64,000 nucleotides of DNA from a virus (Duplodnaviria > Caudoviricetes). The stretch covers positions 1,382-65,381 of the IMG/VR virus record IMGVR_UViG_3300037963_006186; one strand, written 5' to 3'. Shown piece by piece: positions 1-8,735 of the stretch. The number at the start of each line of letters is the position of its first letter. The first letter of the stretch is position 1. Position numbers and translations under genes: made by a program. The notes under the pieces were generated by a model, which ran no database searches, was not told where the DNA came from, and saw nothing but the letters and a program-made list of their open reading frames with translations.

Positions 1-2
1 AG

Positions 3-146
3 AACGGCGTTAGGCAGCGCTTTAGTTGGGGTGGTCCTCGCGACGAAAACCATCCGATGTCAAAAAAGTTGAGCGATTGGAACAAGAAACTGAAAGAGAT
101 TTTTCCGCCAGTAAGTGAAGACGAGTACAACGAAGGAGGTGAGTGA
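3..146 (+). CDS. 3' end of a hypothetical protein (truncated by window edge)
   Basis: Frame 3 is open from base 3 to TGA 144-146, which overlaps the next ATG (TGATG coupling). Confidence 0.5.
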   Translation, partial: NGVRQRFSWGGPRDENHPMSKKLSDWNKKLKEIFPPVSEDEYNEGGE

Positions 147-523
147 TGCCATTAATATACGTAGAACCAGAAGTAGCCTTCAAGGTTACCCAACCATCCG
201 AGGATGGACCACAGACCCTGACGGTGTACCATGTGTATGGTGTAGCCCAAATACAGGCACACCTTAACGGTGGGGATCCTCCGAGGGATGTCAAAGAGAT
301 TAGATGGAAGGGCTGGTACACACTCGACAAAGAAGCGAGCGACAGGCGACCCGCACAACAGGGCACAGTGTTTGAAATCCGTGAGCTACCCAACTTCAAA
401 GAGGAGCACTGGGAGTGCGATGACGATCACGGTGACCTGATTCAACAGGCGTTGGACAACGGCCTTGTGCGATTCAAGGACAACGAGCTAACAATTATTA
501 CAAAAAACAATGCGACACGTTGA
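146..523 (+). CDS. hypothetical early protein
   Basis: ORF preceded by strong SD AAGGAGGT; coupled to upstream stop. Confidence 0.75.
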   Translation: MPLIYVEPEVAFKVTQPSEDGPQTLTVYHVYGVAQIQAHLNGGDPPRDVKEIRWKGWYTLDKEASDRRPAQQGTVFEIRELPNFKEEHWECDDDHGDLIQQALDNGLVRFKDNELTIITKNNATR

Positions 524-632
524 ATCTTTGCTTCGTGTATTACTTGGATTCACTTCAGCGTTTACGTTTATTCTTTTCGTTGATTGGCTAATACAAAACC
601 AATACTATGTTTTGTCATACTTGGCACAGTGA
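510..632 (+). CDS. possible 40-aa membrane peptide (MRHVESLLRVLLGFTSAFTFILFVDWLIQNQYYVLSYLAQ)
   Basis: Manual translation; fills the gap between neighbouring genes; one hydrophobic stretch; below ORF-track cutoff. Confidence 0.35.
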   Translation: MRHVESLLRVLLGFTSAFTFILFVDWLIQNQYYVLSYLAQ

Positions 633-657
633 GATTTACTCAACAAGGAGAGAAACA

Positions 658-951
658 ATGAACCTCGATAGTGTGGCCTGGAGCCTTGGATACCGTAAAT
701 GTCCTGAGTGTGGCTATGAGTATCATGAAAGTGGTACTGAGCTTTGTATGTGCAGGCCATGTGAAGTTGCTAATTGCGACACCGTTGTAAACACTGTACA
801 CCAAACCATGTGCATTGATTGCAGTGAGGGTGTAGAGTGTGAGACCATCGGCTGCAGCAGTGTACTCGTCAACCTGGGGCCGGACACAATATGTCCGACA
901 TGTGGAGGCGAAGGGAAAATATTTGTCACGGAGGTTATGGTTGAGGAGTGA
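658..951 (+). CDS. cysteine-rich (multi zinc-finger) hypothetical protein
   Basis: AAGGAG SD before ATG 658; CPEC, CMCRPC, CIDC and CPTC motifs. Confidence 0.7.
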   Translation: MNLDSVAWSLGYRKCPECGYEYHESGTELCMCRPCEVANCDTVVNTVHQTMCIDCSEGVECETIGCSSVLVNLGPDTICPTCGGEGKIFVTEVMVEE

Positions 952-966
952 TAAACAACCCCACAC

Positions 967-995
967 TTGACACACGGGGGGTTACTGAATAAAGA
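967..995 (+). promoter_or_regulatory. sigma70-type promoter
   Basis: TTGACA-17nt-TAAAGA, intergenic, upstream of ATG 1027. Confidence 0.6.
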
Positions 996-1026
996 TGTAA
1001 AAGGGATTAATCCCTGTGGAGAAAAT

Positions 1027-1302
1027 ATGAGCAACAAAGAAACAAAGAATAGAAAGCAAAGAGCAACCAATCTGGTTCGGTTGATTGATTGGCCAGACTT
1101 TGTGCAGGCATGGCAAACGTCTTCGTCTTGTGGTGAAGTAGCAGAGAAGCTGGGCCGACCTAACAACCAAAAAGAGCGGACATATGTTTCGGTGAAAGCA
1201 GGATACGCCAGAAAGCGTGGAGTTCCTCTCAAGAAGTTTGTCCGAACAAAATCATCAAATGACTGGGATGAGCTTGCCGAACTTGCCAAGAGTCTAAGTT
1301 AG
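1027..1302 (+). CDS. small HTH-like DNA-binding protein
   Basis: GGAG SD; FVQAWQTSSSCGEVAEKLG...YARKRGVPLKK pattern is HTH-like. Confidence 0.65.
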   Translation: MSNKETKNRKQRATNLVRLIDWPDFVQAWQTSSSCGEVAEKLGRPNNQKERTYVSVKAGYARKRGVPLKKFVRTKSSNDWDELAELAKSLS

Positions 1303-1303
1303 G

Positions 1304-1462
1304 ATGTTTACCTACGACCTGACTTTTTACTACGAGATGAAAGAGGTGATGTTCATTTGGTCACAGCTTATGCCTAAGCTGGCGATTGCTTGGTATGTAT
1401 TCACGTTTCCAAAACCTGAATGTACCGATCAGCAGCACACCTGGAACACGATGAACCACTAA
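1304..1462 (+). CDS. possible 52-aa hypothetical protein
   Basis: Manual translation; starts right after the previous stop and fills the gap. Confidence 0.3.
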   Translation: MFTYDLTFYYEMKEVMFIWSQLMPKLAIAWYVFTFPKPECTDQQHTWNTMNH

Positions 1463-1476
1463 AGCAAGGACGGTAA

Positions 1477-1671
1477 ATGAGTTTTGTATACGAGATTGAA
1501 AATCTACCTGATGCACCGAGGGACGGAAAATGCTGGAGGCTAATCATTAGCAAGCCAAGTGAAGCAACATTCCCTTGCTCTCTGAAGGTTTTCGAGGGCA
1601 GATATACGGCAAGGATTGGTGCTGAGAGGGCAGCCAAACGACAGATGAAAATACTTGAGGGAGACCAATAA
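1477..1671 (+). CDS. hypothetical protein
   Basis: AAGGA SD; coupled to the next ORF. Confidence 0.6.
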   Translation: MSFVYEIENLPDAPRDGKCWRLIISKPSEATFPCSLKVFEGRYTARIGAERAAKRQMKILEGDQ

Positions 1672-1874
1672 TGTCTAAGGAAGACCGAGAAACAACAGAG
1701 CCTGCAACTAAAGAAGACAAACATCAATACCTTTGCAACTGTGTTCGATGCACTCAGTCAAGACTCGGTCGCCCACCGCTCAATGAGACCATATCGTCAA
1801 AGATTGTGAGGGCTCAAAACATGCACCAAAAACATACAAACCAGACACACCTTGACACTCATTATGGAAAATGA
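1671..1874 (+). CDS. hypothetical protein with CxCxxC motif
   Basis: GAGGGAG SD; TAATG coupling. Confidence 0.55.
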   Translation: MSKEDRETTEPATKEDKHQYLCNCVRCTQSRLGRPPLNETISSKIVRAQNMHQKHTNQTHLDTHYGK

Positions 1875-1880
1875 TAAAAG
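1852..1880 (+). promoter_or_regulatory. sigma70-type promoter
   Basis: TTGACA-17nt-TAAAAG with extended TG. Confidence 0.55.
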
Positions 1881-1900
1881 TGTTTTAGTAATAACAATAA

Positions 1901-2428
1901 ATGGAGACAACAATGGACGACTTAAAATCAAAGATCAGTGAGGCTGACGGGTCGTACAAGGTCTACCTTGCAATCAAAGGCGACCCTAAACTGAACGGCA
2001 AGTTCAGATGCACAAAGAAAGGAACGCTGTATTTTGAAGGCAAGCTGATGAATGACCCAGACTTTTCAGAGATAGCCGTCTACTTGGCTAAAGAATGGAA
2101 AGTGGCCGTCAACAATGAAGACTTAAAGATGGGCTTGATGGCCTGCTCTAAGACAATCGATCCATCAGTTATCTATGGAGTTGACGTAAACAAAGAGTTC
2201 AAAAAGAAAGTCATCGAATGGCTTCAAGAGCACCCACCATCAGCGCACTACTACAAGATTACGACTGATGCTGTAGCCAAAGATGTAGACCCAAAAGGAT
2301 TTGAGCACCAAAGGAGGTTGACAGAAATGAAAGTAGCGAGAGTCCTTCGGGAACAAGGGCTCCAAAAGGCAAGAGTCTCATACGAAGGAGAGCGTCGTGT
2401 GAGATGGTTCCCAATCGACCAAAAGTAA
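1901..2428 (+). CDS. VapE/VirE paralog lacking the ATPase core (N-terminal domain plus C-terminal winged-helix-like domain)
   Basis: Both halves align by eye to the N- and C-terminal parts of 4549..5883. Confidence 0.7.
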   Translation: METTMDDLKSKISEADGSYKVYLAIKGDPKLNGKFRCTKKGTLYFEGKLMNDPDFSEIAVYLAKEWKVAVNNEDLKMGLMACSKTIDPSVIYGVDVNKEFKKKVIEWLQEHPPSAHYYKITTDAVAKDVDPKGFEHQRRLTEMKVARVLREQGLQKARVSYEGERRVRWFPIDQK

Positions 2429-2459
2429 ATAGCAACAAACAAAGCATAGGAGGTGTGTC

Positions 2460-2954
2460 ATTTCACTCACATCACAAGAAATCATCGCCATCACAAAGGC
2501 GTTCAACACGAAAGCAGTCTCGCTTGCAAAGCAAGACATCGAAAATAACTCTGAAATCGACGTGAACCTCGTCGTTAAGGTTGCTGGCAAGCTCAAGCGT
2601 GCCAAGAAACCAAAGCCAACAAAGGGCACCTCCTCAATCCCGTGGAAGGTTGCTATGGCCTTGTTCGCCAAACGTGCAGGGTTCACCAAGGAGCAGACCG
2701 CTAAGGTGCTGCTTGAAACCCTCACAGCCTCTATCGAGGCTGACTCCGACAAGCAGGCTGAACTGCTCAAGGAGTCTGGGGTGGGCGATGCCTTGGCTAT
2801 GTTGGACCGCGAGGTGTTCTCTAAACTTCCACCTATTCAGCGCGATGGCAACATCACGTTCAAGGTGGATGTCATTGAGGCGATTCGCGAGCCAATGTTG
2901 GTGGCTGACCAAGACACTCCATTCCTTGGGGAAGGGGAAGAAGTGGCGAAGTAA
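2460..2954 (+). CDS. hypothetical phage protein, probable ATT start
   Basis: GGAGGT SD at 2449-2454, in-frame ATT 5 nt later; no in-frame ATG/GTG/TTG until 2562. Confidence 0.7.
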   Translation: MSLTSQEIIAITKAFNTKAVSLAKQDIENNSEIDVNLVVKVAGKLKRAKKPKPTKGTSSIPWKVAMALFAKRAGFTKEQTAKVLLETLTASIEADSDKQAELLKESGVGDALAMLDREVFSKLPPIQRDGNITFKVDVIEAIREPMLVADQDTPFLGEGEEVAK

Positions 2955-2960
2955 GTCACC

Positions 2961-2998
2961 GGGGTCGCTCCTTAGCGGGGGGGCGGCCCCATTTTTTT
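2961..2998 (+). terminator. intrinsic terminator
   Basis: GGGGTCGCTCC/GGGGCGGCCCC stem followed by A and T7. Confidence 0.85.
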
Positions 2999-3022
2999 AG
3001 CAAACAAAAGGATAAAACAATA

Positions 3023-3361
3023 ATGGACAAAGCCGATCAGGTCGAAGACTTTGAGCGTACTGATACGTTCGAGGTTGTTTACAAGATGACCAACATGATG
3101 GGCGGACTCAAGAAGGGAAGGCTTGCAAAAACAGCCCGAATATATGGAACAAGTCGATCTCGATTAGACTCGATCCTCAAACGCAAATCGCCTGCGCCAA
3201 CACTGGACACACTGTCCATTTGGATTGCAAGGCTGTATCGAAAAACCGGAATCAAAGTAGTTCTAACAATCACCCCAGATATGAGGATCTACTACAGTAT
3301 TCGTAGTGAACGAAATGAAAAAGTGGATGGTGTCGTCTTAAAAAAACAAACCGCCTTGTAG
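3023..3361 (+). CDS. XRE-like HTH transcriptional regulator
   Basis: LAKTARIYGTSRSRLDSILKRKSPAPTLDTL resembles HTH helices with a PTLDTL motif. Confidence 0.6.
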   Translation: MDKADQVEDFERTDTFEVVYKMTNMMGGLKKGRLAKTARIYGTSRSRLDSILKRKSPAPTLDTLSIWIARLYRKTGIKVVLTITPDMRIYYSIRSERNEKVDGVVLKKQTAL

Positions 3362-3363
3362 CT

Positions 3364-3480
3364 CTGGGGAAACCCGGCTACAGGACATAGCCCACAAGGG
3401 ATTGATCCCCCTTGTTAATGTGGGTTCCTGACTGAGCCCATCGGGAAACCGATGGTGCTCTTTCAGACCCAAATCAGGAG
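3364..3480 (+). promoter_or_regulatory. structured 5' leader of the primase gene with alternative SD-sequestering pairings
   Basis: CTGGG-GAAA-CCCGG and CCATCGG-GAAA-CCGATGG hairpins; TCCTG(A) 3426-3431 can pair with CAGGA 3381-3385 or with TCAGGA 3474-3479 (the SD). Confidence 0.55.
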
Positions 3481-3486
3481 CCTTAC

Positions 3487-4545
3487 ATGTGGATACAACA
3501 CGCGAAAACCGCACCGATAACACAAGCAGCGATGCTTTTAGAATACAAGCGAGGGAATGGACAGTCCATTTTACCTTGTCCTGCTTGCGGGCTTCTCGAA
3601 CGAGGCTCGAAAGATAAGAAGCGAGGACCGGTTGGTTTCTCGAGAACTGAAATATCTTGGAAGTGCCACAAGTGCGGAGCCAAGGGTGACGTAGTAGACT
3701 TTGTCGCCTTTCACTTTTTCCAGCAAAACCTAAAGCACTTGGCTAAAAATGAACAAGCAGTGGTTCGTGATTGGTTTGCAGAGAATGGATACTGCACAGC
3801 ATCTGGCGTTCCTGCACATGTTTTGCCCGACCCATCCAGCAGGCCAAAGGTCAACGCTCCTACGTTTGAAGGCCCACTACGCCCACCCAAAGATGAACTG
3901 AACTTTCTTTGGGAGAACACACAAACATTTGAGTCAGCGATGGAGGCGGCATCTGTTTGGAGTAGCTCTCTTTGTGAGTGGCTCATAGCGAGACGATTTG
4001 CACCAAAGGTGCTTGATGATACCGGCTGTGTAAGAGTGCTCCCTCCTCCAGTAGACTTCAACTTTCCAGACTGGTTTCCGCACCAGTGGGCTGGAACGTA
4101 TCGGATTGCTGCAAAATGTTACGAGCCTGATGGTGAGTTCGCAAGCATACATTGCCGTAGTGTGATGTATTCAAAAGGCCGCAAGCCGTCTGGAAGCAAA
4201 ACCCGATGGCCTGTAGGATATGATGCCGCTGGCCTGCTTATGGCTAACGACGCTGCAGTTGATATGATGAAGGGCAAACCAAAAGATGATCTTTATGCAT
4301 TGATGATTTGCGAGGGCATTACGGACTTTATGAGGACATGTGAACAAGCACGTCGAGAGTCTATCAATCTTGCAGTCGTTGCTGGCACATCTGGTAGTTA
4401 CAAAAACCTAAGCAAAACAAATATCCCCAAACACCTTAAAATCTTTATTGCTACAGATACGGATGATTCAGGAGATGAATACGCGGCCATAATCTGCGAT
4501 CAACTACCAGAGCATAAACTGTACCGCATGCCACTGGAGGCGTAA
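3487..4545 (+). CDS. DNA primase (N-terminal zinc finger plus TOPRIM)
   Basis: CPAC...WKCHKCGAKGDVVDF zinc finger; ICEGITD and ATDTDDSG TOPRIM motifs. Confidence 0.85.
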   Translation: MWIQHAKTAPITQAAMLLEYKRGNGQSILPCPACGLLERGSKDKKRGPVGFSRTEISWKCHKCGAKGDVVDFVAFHFFQQNLKHLAKNEQAVVRDWFAENGYCTASGVPAHVLPDPSSRPKVNAPTFEGPLRPPKDELNFLWENTQTFESAMEAASVWSSSLCEWLIARRFAPKVLDDTGCVRVLPPPVDFNFPDWFPHQWAGTYRIAAKCYEPDGEFASIHCRSVMYSKGRKPSGSKTRWPVGYDAAGLLMANDAAVDMMKGKPKDDLYALMICEGITDFMRTCEQARRESINLAVVAGTSGSYKNLSKTNIPKHLKIFIATDTDDSGDEYAAIICDQLPEHKLYRMPLEA

Positions 4546-4548
4546 ATA

Positions 4549-5883
4549 ATGGCCGATCTTGATGAAGTCCTCTCCGCTGGAGGAACAACGCTTGAAACCT
4601 TAATGCAGAGGGCTGAAAACGAACACTGTATAAATCAACCAGAACAAGCCCCTGAAGAGCAGGAGATACCTGAAAACCAAGGTGATACCAATATCATTGC
4701 CTTGTTGGATCAGTATATAGGTAGAGATGGGCAACCAAGCGGCAACGTCAAGAAAAACAAAAACAACTTGTATATTATTCTTAGGCGAGATCGTAGATGG
4801 AGAAATAGGATTTGGCTCAACACGTTCACCAACACGTTGAAAATGGATGATCGTGACTACAAGGATTCAGATGACACGCGAATATCACTTTGGGTTTCCA
4901 GGGCTTATGGTTTGGAGTTTTCTGAAAACTACGTCAGCCATGTTGTTCAGCTTATTGGTGAAGAGAGGGCTCGTAATCCACTTTTGGAATGGTTGGACAC
5001 TATGGAGTGGGACGGTATTCCACGGATTCACAACTGGATTACTGAAGCGACAGACTGTGAAAACGATGACCTTAATCGAAAGATGGGAGAAAAGTGGCTC
5101 ATACAGGCTATCGCAAGAGCCTACAGCCCCGGCTGTAAGGCAGACTGTGTATTGATCCTTGCCGGTGCGCAGGGTGCCGGTAAGAGCACCTTGTTTCGTG
5201 AGCTTGCAACCGACAGGTTCTTCGCTGACACTCCGTTAGACATCGGCTCTGCCAACTCCTACAGTCAAATTCAACGGGCATGGATTTACGAAGTTGCGGA
5301 GCTTGACTCTGTAAGAAGGTCTGCCAACAGTGCGACTAAGGCATTCTTAAGCGCACAAGAGGACACCTATCGTCCTGCCTATGGTAGACACGCGGTTACC
5401 GTGAAAAGACACGTTGTGTTTGCTGGAACAACAAATGAATCTCAATTCATTAACGATATGACTGGGTCTCGACGGTACTGGCCCATTCGGTGCAATGAAG
5501 TAGATTTAGAATATGTCAAAGAGCACAGAGACCAGCTTTGGGCCGAAGCGATAGTTGCCTTTCACGCTGGTGATACATGGTGGTTGGATAGAGATATGGA
5601 CAAAAAACGACACAATGAAAGTCATATTTTCAGACAAGATGACCCATGGATGGGGCCTATTGATTCATTTTTGCGCACACAGGTAGGGGCTGTAACAACG
5701 CAAATGATAATGGAAGAGGGCCTTAAGATTGAGCGTGGCCGAATGAACCGTCGCGATGAGATGCGAGTTTCGGACATTTTGGTTGAGCTTGGGTATGAGA
5801 AAAAGCGGATGAGAGTAAACGGCACCAGAAAGTATGTCTGGACGAAGCTGGAGATGTTTGAGTTTAAAAATAAGGAAGCATAA
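4549..5883 (+). CDS. VapE/VirE-family P-loop ATPase (replicative helicase)
   Basis: WDGIPRI, PGCKAD, GAQGAGKST Walker A, YEVAEL, YRPAYGR, GTTN and DMTGSRRYWP motifs. Confidence 0.92.
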   Translation: MADLDEVLSAGGTTLETLMQRAENEHCINQPEQAPEEQEIPENQGDTNIIALLDQYIGRDGQPSGNVKKNKNNLYIILRRDRRWRNRIWLNTFTNTLKMDDRDYKDSDDTRISLWVSRAYGLEFSENYVSHVVQLIGEERARNPLLEWLDTMEWDGIPRIHNWITEATDCENDDLNRKMGEKWLIQAIARAYSPGCKADCVLILAGAQGAGKSTLFRELATDRFFADTPLDIGSANSYSQIQRAWIYEVAELDSVRRSANSATKAFLSAQEDTYRPAYGRHAVTVKRHVVFAGTTNESQFINDMTGSRRYWPIRCNEVDLEYVKEHRDQLWAEAIVAFHAGDTWWLDRDMDKKRHNESHIFRQDDPWMGPIDSFLRTQVGAVTTQMIMEEGLKIERGRMNRRDEMRVSDILVELGYEKKRMRVNGTRKYVWTKLEMFEFKNKEA

Positions 5884-7259
5884 TGAGTAGATCGATTTCA
5901 GTAATAGGAGGTGGCGTTTTTCTGCCACCAGGACACCCAAGTGAAGATCAAGTATTAGAAAAGTTGAAGCTTTATAATCCAGACTACAAAATGGCCTTGG
6001 GTCTAAGAGAGAAGGGAAAATATGTCCCAATGCCAGACCAATACATCAATGGCTGTCACAAGATTCCATATGAACACCCATGGGGTGGCGGTATTGCCAT
6101 TCCCAGAAGAGCAGCGCTCAACACGGACCTCGGCTCAGTATTAGATCATCGTACTAATCCTGAAGCCTGTCAGGTGAATACAGCAGAAGGCTTTGAGCTT
6201 CGTGATTATCAAAAGGAAGCTTTACAGAAATGGGATGAGAATGCTCATGGTGAAGGAGTGATTGTCGCTCCATGCGGATCAGGCAAAACGGCCATGGGGC
6301 TCACTGCTGTAACTATGCGAAACACAAAAGCCTTGATATTGGTTCACACTAATGATTTAGCTGTACAGTGGATGAATCGTTGTTCAACGATGTTAGATAC
6401 AGGTGCGACTCAGTATGGTGCGGGTAAGAAGGATGACTCGGGACGGATTGTGGTCGCGACTTTCCAGACTCTCGAACGAATGTCATTTACGGAGCGGTAC
6501 ACTTTCGGGAAGCAGTTCGGACTTTGTATCGTTGATGAAGCACACCACGTTCCAGCACATACGTTTTGTTCCGTCATGTTTTGCATGCCAGCCAAATCCA
6601 GACTCGGATTGACGGCAACACCCAACAGGCCAGATGGATTAACCAAGATGCTTTGGTGGCATTTAGGCGAGGCCGTATACGAAATCACGAACTCGCAACT
6701 TGCGCGGTCGGGTCATGTCATTCCACCGAGAATCGAGTGGTTGTTTACGTCTTTTGTCGGAAGTAACAAAACGCTGGATTGGTCAAAGCTGATTACCACC
6801 ATGACTACAGACGAAGACAGAAATGATGTCATACGAAATCGAGTCCTGTCGGCATGCAATGAGGATCGCCAAATTTTAGTGCTATCTGATAGGGTAGATC
6901 ATTGTATTAAAATGGCTGAAGAGCTTTCTCGATGCGGAATAGTTGCGGAACCATTAGTTGGAAAAATGACGAAGAAACAAAGAATGGGGGTTCTCGAGCG
7001 TGCGGATAAACGTGAAATCCAAGTCGTTTGCGCTACTACTGTGGCGGATGAAGGTCTCGACCTTCCCTCACTTGATACAGTTGTCCTTACGACTCCGACG
7101 AAAGCTCTTGGAAGAATTCAGCAGCGAATTGGAAGAGTCATGCGACCACACCCGCGCAAAAAAGACCCGCTCGTCATTGATTGCGTTGATGATATTGGAT
7201 CGATGCGCGGACTGGCTCGAAAAAGAAACAAGCTCTACACAAAAATCGGGTGTCAGTAA
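5883..7259 (+). CDS. superfamily 2 DEAH-box helicase (ResIII/UvsW-like)
   Basis: LRDYQ Q-motif, PCGSGKT, DEAHH, GLTATP, EGLDLP and QRIGRVMR. Confidence 0.93.
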   Translation: MSRSISVIGGGVFLPPGHPSEDQVLEKLKLYNPDYKMALGLREKGKYVPMPDQYINGCHKIPYEHPWGGGIAIPRRAALNTDLGSVLDHRTNPEACQVNTAEGFELRDYQKEALQKWDENAHGEGVIVAPCGSGKTAMGLTAVTMRNTKALILVHTNDLAVQWMNRCSTMLDTGATQYGAGKKDDSGRIVVATFQTLERMSFTERYTFGKQFGLCIVDEAHHVPAHTFCSVMFCMPAKSRLGLTATPNRPDGLTKMLWWHLGEAVYEITNSQLARSGHVIPPRIEWLFTSFVGSNKTLDWSKLITTMTTDEDRNDVIRNRVLSACNEDRQILVLSDRVDHCIKMAEELSRCGIVAEPLVGKMTKKQRMGVLERADKREIQVVCATTVADEGLDLPSLDTVVLTTPTKALGRIQQRIGRVMRPHPRKKDPLVIDCVDDIGSMRGLARKRNKLYTKIGCQ

Positions 7260-7260
7260 T

Positions 7261-7470
7261 ATGATGTCAGTGCTTGAAAGACTGCCTGTTGGATGGTCCC
7301 TCGTTGGCGACGGTGATGCATGGAAGCTGTTTGATGACGAGGGTGATCTTGTGTGTACGGCAAAAGACACAGAACACCTTCATAGGCTTATCAATGTCGA
7401 GTTTGCTTTGGCTCAGCAGTTTGCTGCGTTTATGTACGCGACCAACAGTCTCAGCCCAGGAGAGTGTTGA
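7261..7470 (+). CDS. hypothetical protein
   Basis: ATG just after the helicase stop; C-terminal part of track ORF 7000..7470. Confidence 0.55.
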   Translation: MMSVLERLPVGWSLVGDGDAWKLFDDEGDLVCTAKDTEHLHRLINVEFALAQQFAAFMYATNSLSPGEC

Positions 7471-7704
7471 CTATTTGCTTTTGAACAAACCGGCCCAGTC
7501 TCTTGTCGTGACTTGATTGTCGGTGATGTCCTCAATCGCAACAGCCAACGGCAACGAAGGACAAGATCTGCCAGACTCGAGGTCTCTTAAGTAAGAGACT
7601 GAAAGACTTAATCCCCGATCAGCCAAATCAGCGTTGATCCAAAGACAAAAAGCGTGCCTTGTGTTGTATCTATTTTGAGACTCTCGGTACGTTCTTATGT
7701 CCAT
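7471..7704 (-). CDS. Cro/XRE-like HTH regulator
   Basis: LSVSYLRDLESGRSCPSLPLAVAIEDITDNQVTTRDW; GGAG SD; divergent from the recombination operon. Confidence 0.8.
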   Translation of the reverse strand: MDIRTYRESQNRYNTRHAFCLWINADLADRGLSLSVSYLRDLESGRSCPSLPLAVAIEDITDNQVTTRDWAGLFKSK

Positions 7705-7716
7705 TTGAACTCCAAG

Positions 7717-7795
7717 CGGACATTTTCTGTCCGGTTCTTTTTTGAAAATATATTAGATTGATGGTGTTGACATCACTTGTCAGCACACTTACCAT
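7717..7795. promoter_or_regulatory. divergent control region: two palindromic operators and a rightward sigma70 promoter
   Basis: CGGACA-N5-TGTCCG (7717-7733); TGACA-N5-TGTCA (7768-7782) overlapping TTGACA-17nt-TACCAT (7767-7795). Confidence 0.7.
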
Positions 7796-7820
7796 ACACA
7801 AGCAGACAGCAAGGTAACAA

Positions 7821-8735
7821 ATGAATACACAATCGCCAACAATAGGAAGCAGCAGCATTTCCTCAATACTGGGTCTTTCACCTTGGTCGAGCCCCTGGGA
7901 TGTCTGGGCAAGAATGCATGGACTTACAGAGTCCTCTTCCACTGCAGCAACAGCGAGGGGCCATATTCTCGAACCAGCAATAGGTGCCCACTATGCCCAC
8001 CTCAACAACGTTAAAATATCAAAAGGCCCAGAATACGAGGCCGCTCCAATCATTGGACCTGAGCCCTGGATGCACGCTCGACCCGATTTTTTTGTTTCGA
8101 TAGAGGATGCTAAGTGGCTATTGGAGATTAAATCGACTCGAAAGTTTGACCAAAAATGGGGACGATCGGGAACAAGCAATGTTCCGCCACATTATGCGGC
8201 ACAATGTATTTGGCAGATGGCTGTGACTAATGATGACCGATGTGATCTCGCAGCCTTTGCAACGATCTCTGACGAGTACAGATCATACAAAATTTATAGA
8301 GACGACAGAATCGAGGAAAAGATCATTTCGTTTGCCAGAGATTGGTACAAAAAGCACATAGAAAAAGGGATCCCACCAGAGGTGGATGGGTCCTCTGCAT
8401 GCTCAAAATCATTGGCCAAACTTTTCAGGCAAGAAAACAAAGACTTCATTGAGCCTCAAGAATCCCACATTGCTTTAGCAGATGAACTGAAACAGATCAG
8501 AGCACAATATGCTGAGCTTGAGAAAAGAAAAAAGCATCTTGAAAACCAAATCAAGGAATGCATTGGGACTTCATACGGCATCGCAGGCATAGCGACTTGG
8601 TCAGAATCAAAACCAAGAAGAACATTTGACAGGTCTAATTTTGAGCAACAACACCCGGAACTCGCTAAGCAGTACATTGTTGAAGGCGATCCAACAAGAA
8701 CCTTTAGGTTTCAATACACAGGAGAGAGCAAATGA
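7821..8735 (+). CDS. YqaJ-like viral recombinase (lambda exonuclease family)
   Basis: IGSSSISSILGLSPWSSPWDVW, RGHILEP, ARPDF, LEIKS and PPHYAAQCIWQM. Confidence 0.92.
   Translation: MNTQSPTIGSSSISSILGLSPWSSPWDVWARMHGLTESSSTAATARGHILEPAIGAHYAHLNNVKISKGPEYEAAPIIGPEPWMHARPDFFVSIEDAKWLLEIKSTRKFDQKWGRSGTSNVPPHYAAQCIWQMAVTNDDRCDLAAFATISDEYRSYKIYRDDRIEEKIISFARDWYKKHIEKGIPPEVDGSSACSKSLAKLFRQENKDFIEPQESHIALADELKQIRAQYAELEKRKKHLENQIKECIGTSYGIAGIATWSESKPRRTFDRSNFEQQHPELAKQYIVEGDPTRTFRFQYTGESK

Noticed and set aside
3428-3466. Hammerhead ribozyme (CTGACTGAG followed by a hairpin)
   Set aside because: The required GAAA after stem II is absent; the sequence continues TGCTCTTTC.
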